64,000 nucleotides of DNA, taken from Clostridiales bacterium. GTDB lineage: Bacteria; Bacillota; Clostridia; TANB77; CAG-508. Under the pieces are notes generated by a model. That model was not told the DNA's origin. It did no database searches and saw only the letters and a program-made list of their open reading frames with translations. A program made the position numbers and the translations under genes. Below are positions 33,294 to 41,223 of this stretch, one piece after another; position 1 is the stretch's first letter; each line of letters opens with the position of its first letter. Location: assembly GCA_015056485.1 (NCBI GenBank), contig SVGD01000005.1, forward strand, positions 19,799 to 83,798. The letters run 5' to 3'.

Positions 33294-33312
33294 CAAGTCA
33301 GCTAAAATATAT

Positions 33313-33388
33313 TGGGGTGTAGCCAAGTGGTAAGGCACCAGACTTTGACTCTGGCATTTCGGCGGTTCGAGTCCTCCCACCCCAGCCA
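33313..33388 (+). tRNA. tRNA-Gln (TTG), CCA encoded
   Basis: Acceptor TGGGGTG/CACCCCA, anticodon loop CTTTGAC, T-loop GGTTCGAGTCC. A terminator hairpin follows at 33391..33425. Confidence 0.9.
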
Positions 33389-33611
33389 TAAAAAAGAACC
33401 ATCTCTTAAGATGGTTCTTTTTTATATTGAAAGGGAGGACTACTTGCATTTTAAGGCTCTTTTTATTGTAAAAGGTTATTCGCTGAAATATTACAAGGAT
33501 GTTTCTATTGCTTTACAATTGTGTTACAAATATTGAAAAAGAATAAAGATATAATATAATAGATTGTAGAATATAGATAAATATGGAAATTATACAAAAG
33601 AGAGGTAAAAA

Positions 33612-35399
33612 ATGTTGAAAAAAACAAGAATTATTTTAATTACAATTATATTATTAATATTATTTTCTACTACAGTAATGTCAACAGAATTAAAAACAAA
33701 ATTAGAAGTTGTACAAAAGGAAAGTGAAGTCAAATATTTAGAAAATAACCAAGGATATATTTCTAAAACTATTACAGATGTAAATGAAGAAAATGGAGAA
33801 GTTACAGTTGAAGTTAAATTAGCAAATTTAGCAAAAGATATTAATGTTGAAACTGAAACATATGAAAATACAGAAATTATTATAATAATTCCAGAAATTT
33901 TATCAATAAGTGAGAATGCAGATAAGTTAAAACAATATATTGAATATATTGAGATATTTGCAACTAAAATATTCGAAAAAAATTCAAAAACTAAAATAGC
34001 CATAGTAGGAATGAAAGGACCAGTTAGTGATTCTTATATTAACGACCAGGGGAAAATTGTTTATGGAGAAAATAATGAAGGTACAAAGGCCGGAAGTATT
34101 GATAATGCTGAAGTAGTTGTAAGTTTTACAAATGATATAGAAAATATAAAAAATGGAATAAAGAATATGAATGGGACGAAAACCAAATATTATAATAATT
34201 TACAAGCTGCTATTAAGATTGCATCATCTACATTTTCAAATAATGCAAATAAAATATTAATTTCATTATATGATACGGTTCCTAGTGTGTCTATAGGACA
34301 ATGTTCACAAATTACTTGGGGAGGATCAACAGGATTTAGTACAGGCAAAGAAGCAATAATAGCAAAAAATGAAAAGATAGTCAAAACTACAAAAGAAGAA
34401 ATATTATCATTAAAAAAATCTAATATAGATTTTATTTTACTAAGACCAAAAGATACTGATTTTAATCAAAAATGGTATGATGTATCTACTGGAGAACTAA
34501 TGCTAGATTTTGACGGAAGTGAATATGTAAAAAATTTATATGGAACAATGGAGAATCCTACGTATGGAAAAATGTATTCTTTAAATGAAGATAGTTTACA
34601 ACAAATTGTTACAGAAAAGATATATGAAGACGTAATGGAAAAAGTAAGAAATCCTATTGATTCTGCAAAATTAATAGATTATTTTCCTGCAGATATAATT
34701 GAAAACTTTGAATTTGAATGCGTTGACAAACCAAATATTGGAATAGTCTCAGCAAAGATAGACAAACAGAATAATTCAATTTTATGGGATATTGGTACAT
34801 TATCTGGAAATACAACGGCTATATTAAAATATAAATTGAAATTAAAAAATATGAGTAATTCAGAGTTGATAAATAAAACAATAGCTACTAATGAAAAAAT
34901 AGAGTTAACCTATAAAAATAGTGAACAAAAAGATTGTAGCGCTGTTTTAGAAAGTAGTCCAAAAATTAAATTAATAGAGATTAAAGAGGATTTAATTGCT
35001 ACGGTTTCATATAATCCAACATCTAATACAACAGAAACTGTTGAAGCCACAATTAAGACTAACAAACCAGTAAAATCTGTTGAAGGTTGGACACAATCAG
35101 AAGATAGAATGATTTTGACAAAAACATATTCAACAAATATAAAAGAGACGGTGCTTTTGATAGATGATGATGATATGGAGAGAAGAGTTGAGATAAATAT
35201 TAATAATATTGTAAAAGAAAATACAAGTAAAGATGATGACAATAACAATACTAATAATATTTCTGATTCAAATGATAAAACTACATCGAATGTGATTTTA
35301 CCAGATACTGGCAAGGGATTTCTTATAATAGGGGTAATGTTTTTGAGTGGTTGGACAATCTATGTACATAAAAGGAATAAAAAATTTAAAGGAATATAA
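33612..35399 (+). CDS. LPXTG-anchored cell-wall surface protein (possible vWA-like adhesin)
   Basis: Signal peptide, 595 aa. C-terminal sorting signal LPDTG, hydrophobic stretch, KRNKKFKG. Confidence 0.8.
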   Translation: MLKKTRIILITIILLILFSTTVMSTELKTKLEVVQKESEVKYLENNQGYISKTITDVNEENGEVTVEVKLANLAKDINVETETYENTEIIIIIPEILSISENADKLKQYIEYIEIFATKIFEKNSKTKIAIVGMKGPVSDSYINDQGKIVYGENNEGTKAGSIDNAEVVVSFTNDIENIKNGIKNMNGTKTKYYNNLQAAIKIASSTFSNNANKILISLYDTVPSVSIGQCSQITWGGSTGFSTGKEAIIAKNEKIVKTTKEEILSLKKSNIDFILLRPKDTDFNQKWYDVSTGELMLDFDGSEYVKNLYGTMENPTYGKMYSLNEDSLQQIVTEKIYEDVMEKVRNPIDSAKLIDYFPADIIENFEFECVDKPNIGIVSAKIDKQNNSILWDIGTLSGNTTAILKYKLKLKNMSNSELINKTIATNEKIELTYKNSEQKDCSAVLESSPKIKLIEIKEDLIATVSYNPTSNTTETVEATIKTNKPVKSVEGWTQSEDRMILTKTYSTNIKETVLLIDDDDMERRVEININNIVKENTSKDDDNNNTNNISDSNDKTTSNVILPDTGKGFLIIGVMFLSGWTIYVHKRNKKFKGI

Positions 35400-35451
35400 A
35401 TAAAAAAGGCAAGATTATTTTGAAAATTATCTTGCCTTTGAAAGGATAAAA

Positions 35452-36036
35452 ATGAAAGATAATGGAGCACATATAATTTGTTTAATTTTAATAATATTAA
35501 TAATAATTGTAAGTTTTGTATTTGTATATAAGTCGAGAACGGAAGGAACAGATGATACTATGGATATGATGGCTGAAACTGCTCCTGAAGAAAATATAGT
35601 TGAAGAAGACACCTTAATTGTACAAGAATATGAAATAAATGGAATAAATTACGAGGTGATAGCAGTATTAAACATACCAAGTTTAGAAATAGAGTATCCA
35701 GTATTATCAAGTACATCAACAGAATTACTAAAGGTATCTTTGAATAAATATTGGGGTCCAAATCCAAACAGACCAGGAAATCTTTGCATATTAGGACATA
35801 ATTATAATGATTCGAGATTTTTTGGTAAATTAAATAGGATAGAAAATGGAGATATAATACAGTTAACAGATATGTCTGGTAAAGTGGTTGAATATAGCGT
35901 TTATGATACGTATATTGTTGATCCGGACAATACAGATTGCACAAGTCAATTAACAGAAGGAAAAACAGAAATTACATTGATAACTTGTACAGCAACAGGA
36001 AAGCAAAGATTTGTCGTTAAAGCTACAAAAGTATAA
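35452..36036 (+). CDS. Sortase (second copy)
   Basis: N-terminal TM, LGHNYNDSRFFG, catalytic TLITCT. Confidence 0.85.
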   Translation: MKDNGAHIICLILIILIIIVSFVFVYKSRTEGTDDTMDMMAETAPEENIVEEDTLIVQEYEINGINYEVIAVLNIPSLEIEYPVLSSTSTELLKVSLNKYWGPNPNRPGNLCILGHNYNDSRFFGKLNRIENGDIIQLTDMSGKVVEYSVYDTYIVDPDNTDCTSQLTEGKTEITLITCTATGKQRFVVKATKV

Positions 36037-36220
36037 TTTTATAAAATTGAGGAAAGAATATGAAAACAAAATGTTAGTATTATGGTAGTTATATTAGTGG
36101 ATGCTATTAAATGTATAGTTTATAAGGAGAAACTTTCAAATGAAAATATTATAATTTTTTTTTATTGAAAAAATAATAGCAATAATATATAATTTTTAAA
36201 AAAGTAAAGGAGAGATAAAA

Positions 36221-37262
36221 ATGACAAAAAACAAAAGAATAATTATAGCAATAATTATAGTAGCAATAGTTATAGTTTGTGCAATTATAGGATTTTTTAT
36301 ATTAAAAAACGCAGAGAAAAGAGAAATAGTATATATTAACCCCAATGAACGGAGATATAAATAAATTAGCTTTTATTTTAAATGATAATGAAAATAAATA
36401 TGTTGTCGCAATAGATGAACAATATACAATAAATCCAGAAAAACAATATTTCGAACAAGGTAATGATTTTGAATTTGAAATTTATTCATCAATAAATGAT
36501 ACAATCAATATAAGAGATAGTAAAATGCAATTAGAAATTGGGATGCTAGAAACATATAATGAAGAAAATGAAATTATAAAAAATGATGAAAGATGGTTTT
36601 TATTGAAAGACGATGCTGTTAGGGGAAAAGAAGTCGGATATTCAATTTGTTATTGTGTTGATGAAAATTCAAATCTTTCTGTTGGTGAAGAGCTTAAATC
36701 AGACGATATAATTTGTTTTAAGACTATTTATGATGTTAAAGAATCAAAAGCAAAAAAAGAGTATGAGAGTATAAAATCAAATATTGATATTTATATGGCT
36801 GAGGATAATGAAGGAATATTAGTATATAAAAATTTTCAAGGCGAAAATGTTAATTTAGATAATTATCAATTTGCTAGAGATATAATAACTAAATCTCTTT
36901 TTGGTTATGATATTTATATTAGAAATTCTAAAGGTATAAAAGAAAATGTATCAGAAAGTGAAGTTTGGTATAAAGTTCCAGATGATGAAAATGAAACACA
37001 ATATGAAATTTCTATTTGTACTCAAGAAAAGATAGATGAAAATAGAGAAGGTGCTGCTTTTGATTTAAATTATAAATTTGAACATAATGATAGAGAATAT
37101 GAAGTTATGACTACAGAATTAGGAGGAAGCCTTAATTTCTATACAAAAATAGGAGAAAATGAATTTGTTTATATTTTCATGAAGGGTAAAGATATAGAAT
37201 ATCAATCTATAAATGATAACCTTGAAATTTTTGTTGAAAGAATAAAAGAACAATTATTATAA
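36221..37262 (+). CDS. Membrane-anchored hypothetical protein, TM anchor and ectodomain joined by a +1 shift at CGG-A
   Basis: ATG 36221 after AAGGAGAG gives MTKNKRIIIAIIIVAIVIVCAIIGFFILKNAEKREIVYINPNE. CGG at 36350..36352. It continues in +1 as GDINKLAFILNDNENKYVV... (track ORF 36345..37262). Confidence 0.65.
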
Positions 37263-37312
37263 AGTAAAATTGGGACGGAGAAGAAAAATATTTTTTCTCT
37301 GTCCTAATTTTG

Positions 37313-37480
37313 TTATTCATATAAATCCTCAATCAAAACATTTTTTTCAGGAGAACCATTTAAAAAACCTATTTTAGCACTGTTATTATTTATCTCTTGA
37401 ATCCAAATAGAATTATTATTGTAAAAAACTTCGGATATCTCAAAATTATTTAATATTTCTAAAGCTCTTTTTTCATTCAT
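37313..37480 (-). CDS. sspH: Small acid-soluble spore protein, H-type
   Basis: 55 aa, not in ORF track. GGAG RBS. MNEKRALEILNNFEISEVFYNNNSIWIQEINNNSAKIGFLNG matches the SspH pattern (RA-EI...I-V-YNG-PI-I). Confidence 0.7.
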   Translation of the reverse strand: MNEKRALEILNNFEISEVFYNNNSIWIQEINNNSAKIGFLNGSPEKNVLIEDLYE

Positions 37481-37652
37481 ATTAAATCTCCTTTTTTATA
37501 CACAGTAATATCTAAAGAATTTCAAACTTTTAAAAAATTGTTTGATTACAATATAATTATATCCAAAATAGATATAATTATGACTTGTATACTAGAATAA
37601 AAAAATATATAATATTATATATAAATTTATACAATTATAAAAGGTGAGATTA

Positions 37653-37979
37653 ATGAAACAAGAAGATATGATAAGAAATTTTATTAAAATAGATGAAGAA
37701 TTTGTATGCGAAAATTGCGGTAATAAAGTAGAAAAATTAGGATATACATGTAGAAATCATTGTCCTAAATGTTTACATTCAAAACATGTGGATGTAAATC
37801 CTGGAGATAGACAAGAAGAATGTCACGGAATTTTAGAACCAATAGGAATTGAAATGAGTAATAAAAAAGGATATATAATTGTTTTTAAATGTAAAAAATG
37901 TGGACAAATTAGAAAAAATAAAGCGGCAAATGATGATAATATGGACTTAATAATAAATTTAACAGTAGCAAAATCATAA
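37653..37979 (+). CDS. RNHCP domain protein (zinc-ribbon)
   Basis: ATG 37653 after AAGGTGAG. CENCGN...CRNHCPKCLHSKH...CKKCG. Confidence 0.8.
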   Translation: MKQEDMIRNFIKIDEEFVCENCGNKVEKLGYTCRNHCPKCLHSKHVDVNPGDRQEECHGILEPIGIEMSNKKGYIIVFKCKKCGQIRKNKAANDDNMDLIINLTVAKS

Positions 37980-38107
37980 AAATATAATCCATGTAACACA
38001 GTAGTATCTAAGTGAAATTGAAAGTGATAAAAAAATAATAAAAATTTTTAAAAAAATCCTTGACATAGGAATTAAAATCCTGTATACTTAATCTCGTCAC
38101 AAAAAAT

Positions 38108-38183
38108 GGGCGCATAGCTCAGCTGGTAGAGCATCTGCCTTACAAGCAGGAGGTCATAGGTTCGAGCCCTATTGCGCCCACCA
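38108..38183 (+). tRNA. tRNA-Val (TAC)
   Basis: GGGCGCATAGCTCAGCTGGTAGAGC, anticodon loop CTTACAA, 3' CCA encoded. Confidence 0.9.
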
Positions 38184-38189
38184 TTTTTT

Positions 38190-38266
38190 GGCCCGGTAGT
38201 TCAGTTGGTTAGAACGCTAGCCTGTCACGCTAGAGGTCGTCGGTTCGAGCCCGATCCGGGTCGCCA
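38190..38266 (+). tRNA. tRNA-Asp (GTC)
   Basis: GGCCCGGTAGTTCAGTTGGTTAGAAC, anticodon loop CTGTCAC, CCA encoded. Confidence 0.9.
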
Positions 38267-38299
38267 TTTTTTTATAAGGAAAAATGGATAATTTAATAA

Positions 38300-38375
38300 G
38301 CCTAGATAGCTCAGTTGGTAGAGCAGGGGACTGAAAATCCCCGTGTCCGTGGTTCGATTCCGCGTCTAGGCACCA
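38300..38375 (+). tRNA. tRNA-Phe (GAA)
   Basis: GCCTAGATAGCTCAGTTGGTAGAGC, anticodon loop CTGAAAA, CCA encoded. Confidence 0.9.
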
Positions 38376-38499
38376 CAGAACAAAGCATATGCAAAGCATA
38401 TGCTTTGTTTTGTGGTTTTATTTGGGGAATCGAAAAGGACGTGCCGAAGTGAAACGAGGCAAAAACAGTCCGGTGGACTGTTTTTAGGACGCGGCTTGC

Positions 38500-38520
38500 C
38501 GATTCCGCGTCTAGGCACCA
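38500..38520 (+). repeat. 21-bp direct duplicate of the tRNA-Phe 3' end (att-like scar)
   Basis: CGATTCCGCGTCTAGGCACCA occurs at 38355..38375 and again at 38500..38520. The 124 bp between them are G+C-richer and carry two hairpins. Confidence 0.8.
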
Positions 38521-38694
38521 AAGGCACAGCGAAAGCTGTGCCGATTTTTTTATTGTGCGAAATTGAATCACTATTCACTCTTCATTTTTCAATGTAATTT
38601 AATTTCTATTATTTAAATATAAATCGAATAATTTAAAACATAAAAAAGTTCTCAGGAGATGCTTAAAACTGAGAACTTTATTTTTTTGATGTAC

Positions 38695-38937
38695 TTAAGA
38701 GAGATTTAAAATTCGTGCTTGTTCAATTGTCATAGGAACAAAAGATAACATCGTTCCCTTATACATTTCAAGTGCAGTAAATTGATTAAGAACATCCATT
38801 GCAACTTCAAATGTGTTGATATCTGTTGAAAATGACAAATCGATAAAGCGAAGATTAAAATCTGTTCTACTTATATGCACTAATTCAGGATTATCACGAT
38901 TTAAGTGGTCTAATCTAATTATGCTAGTAGCTTGCAA
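38695..38937 (-). CDS. Hypothetical 80-aa protein
   Basis: Likely TTG start at 38937, 6 nt after GGGAGTG (the track ORF starts at 38952). No recognisable motif. Confidence 0.4.
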   Translation of the reverse strand: MQATSIIRLDHLNRDNPELVHISRTDFNLRFIDLSFSTDINTFEVAMDVLNQFTALEMYKGTMLSFVPMTIEQARILNLS

Positions 38938-39116
38938 AAAAATCACTCCCAATAAATATATTTTAATGAGTATAATTAGTAAGCACCTCTATACTAATTA
39001 AATGTGCCAATTTATATAATTATATCATAATAAGTATTCATTGACAATGAATTTACCTAGTGTTAAAATTAAATAATAAACTAAAGAATTAATTTTATAA
39101 AACATATTATGAAATT

Positions 39117-40289
39117 ATGAGAGGAAAACAAATAAAAAAACAAAGGCACGAAACCGTTGGCGATGTAACGCACAACGGTCTAAATAAAGAAAAATTTTTT
39201 GAATTTATAAAAAAAGAAATTGTATTAGTTGTTGCAATTATAATAGCAATTATTACATGCTTTTTTGTACCTATTGATAAAGAATATTTAAATTATTTTG
39301 ATTATAATACTTTGATATGTTTGTTTTGCATTTTGGCAGTAGTAGCAGGATTGAAGAGTACAAATATTTTCGAGTTAATTTCGAAAAAGATGGTAGGATT
39401 GTTTCATACCAGACGTTCTGTAATATATTTATTAGTTTTTGGAACATTTTTTTTCGATATGATAGTTGCAAATGATATGTCATTGATTACTTTTTTACCT
39501 CTTACATATATAGTTTTACATTCTACTAAAAATGATAAATATTTAGCATTTACATTTATAATGCAAACAATTGCAGCAAATATGGGAGGAATGATAACTC
39601 CTTATGGAAATCCTCAAAATTTATATCTATATTCATATTACAACATAAATACTGTAGAATTTTTTAGTATTTTATTACCTCAATCGATAACTGTAGCAGT
39701 ACTTTTATATATTTGCTGTTCTTTTATAAGTAATGAACCTCTAAAATTAAGAAAAAATTTTAAAATAATTATTAGCAAAACAAATTTAATTGTATATTCA
39801 ATTTTATTTGTAATAGTAATTTTAACTATATTTAGAGTGATTCCATATTTATTAACGTTATTTATTGTTTTGATAACGATATTTTTGACTGATAAAAAAA
39901 TATTTATAAAAATAGATTATGCATTAATTGCAACATTTTGTGCGTTTTTTGTATTTTCAGGTAATATGGCAAGAATTGCAGAAATTAAAAGTTTTATTTC
40001 CGAAATAGTTTTAAATAATACACTTATTGCTGGAATAATATCTTGCCAATTTATAAGTAATGTGCCTACAGCAATATTTTTATCAAAGTTCACAATTAAT
40101 TATAGAGAATTATTAACAGCGGTTAATATAGGTTCGCTAGGTATTCTTATTTCGTCGCTAGCAAGTTTGATAACATTGAAAGAGTTTTTAAAACATCAAC
40201 CTAAAAGGTTTTGGCAATATTTGGGAATGTTTACATTGTTTAATACATGTTTTTTAATGGTTTTATTATTAATAACGAATGTAAAGTAG
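39117..40289 (+). CDS. ArsB/NhaD-superfamily anion permease (YbiR-like)
   Basis: 390 aa, about 10 TM. GGMITPYGNPQNLYLYS motif typical of this family. Start uncertain (no clear RBS). Confidence 0.7.
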   Translation: MRGKQIKKQRHETVGDVTHNGLNKEKFFEFIKKEIVLVVAIIIAIITCFFVPIDKEYLNYFDYNTLICLFCILAVVAGLKSTNIFELISKKMVGLFHTRRSVIYLLVFGTFFFDMIVANDMSLITFLPLTYIVLHSTKNDKYLAFTFIMQTIAANMGGMITPYGNPQNLYLYSYYNINTVEFFSILLPQSITVAVLLYICCSFISNEPLKLRKNFKIIISKTNLIVYSILFVIVILTIFRVIPYLLTLFIVLITIFLTDKKIFIKIDYALIATFCAFFVFSGNMARIAEIKSFISEIVLNNTLIAGIISCQFISNVPTAIFLSKFTINYRELLTAVNIGSLGILISSLASLITLKEFLKHQPKRFWQYLGMFTLFNTCFLMVLLLITNVK

Positions 40290-40390
40290 GTAATGTTTTT
40301 ATTACTTAGATTTGACATAAATTAAGTTTGATTGTATAATAATTAAGTTATTTTCCTAGTTTGGCAATTTGAAACGAAAGGGGAATCTTT

Positions 40391-40630
40391 ATGAGCAGAT
40401 ATGCTTATGACGTTAGCCAGCCGGACTATAGCTATGTAAGAAATCGCGAAGCAAGGATTGTTGAAGAAAAGGATGGAATTTCCAGAAAACTTATAACTTC
40501 AAATCAGTCTACAGCAGAGGATTTTAAAAAGTGGCTCGATGAAAGCAACCCTAAAGGATTCAAAGCTGAAGGCGGCATTGAATTCGACAAAAAAAAGAAT
40601 GAATGGACAGTTCCTTATAAAATTAAATAA
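40391..40630 (+). CDS. Hypothetical 79-aa protein in a G+C-richer islet
   Basis: AAAGGGGA RBS. Composition unlike the neighbours. Own terminator AGCCTCGCTGGTTTTCTAGCGAGGTT plus T-run. Confidence 0.45.
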   Translation: MSRYAYDVSQPDYSYVRNREARIVEEKDGISRKLITSNQSTAEDFKKWLDESNPKGFKAEGGIEFDKKKNEWTVPYKIK

Positions 40631-40803
40631 TTGTCTATAAAAGCCTCGCTGGTTTTCTAGCGAGGTTCATTCTTTTTTTATAATCAATCCTTTTATGCAT
40701 GCCTAATTTCTTAAAAAAAATGAATTTTTCCTTGCTATTTTTTTTATTATATTGTATGATTATATAGATAAAAATGGAATTATATTAGGAGGAAAGTTTT
40801 ACT

Positions 40804-41220
40804 ATGAAAAAAGTATTAGTATTTGTAACAGTACTATTAATAATGATTTTATCAACAACTATAGTTTTAGCTACAGAACAAAATAAAACTGAAATAAACA
40901 CAACAAACCAAGAAACGACAAGTGAAATAATTGAACAAAAAGAAGATGCTCAATCAAAAATGGATAAATATATAGAGGATTACGGTTCAGAAACTTATGG
41001 TATGGTAGCATATGTTTTAAATATTATTAGTATTTATAGTATACCATTTTGTTTTGTGGGAATTGCTATTGGTGCAACATATCAATATGCAATCGGTACA
41101 AGAAGATTGGATATGAAACAGAAGGGATTCGCTTTGATATTATCTTTTGTAACGATTTTAGTAATTTGCCAAGTATTACCACTAATATTTTTAGTAGTTG
41201 TAAAAGGTTGGAGGGGTTAA
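40804..41220 (+). CDS. Secreted/membrane protein (signal peptide plus 2 TM)
   Basis: 138 aa, AGGAGG RBS. Stop lies 3 nt before the next gene. Confidence 0.5.
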   Translation: MKKVLVFVTVLLIMILSTTIVLATEQNKTEINTTNQETTSEIIEQKEDAQSKMDKYIEDYGSETYGMVAYVLNIISIYSIPFCFVGIAIGATYQYAIGTRRLDMKQKGFALILSFVTILVICQVLPLIFLVVVKGWRG

Positions 41221-41223
41221 CAA

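Noticed and set aside
33001-33536. Track ORFs overlapping tRNA-His and tRNA-Gln (33001..33294, 33228..33449, 33312..33536)
   Set aside because: They are open only because they run through GC-rich tRNA genes and have no translation signals. The same applies to 38217..38597 over the Val-Asp-Phe cluster.
38376-38700. A full prophage or integrative island at tRNA-Phe
   Set aside because: Only 124 bp lie between the direct repeats, and no integrase or phage genes follow. It is treated as a remnant scar.
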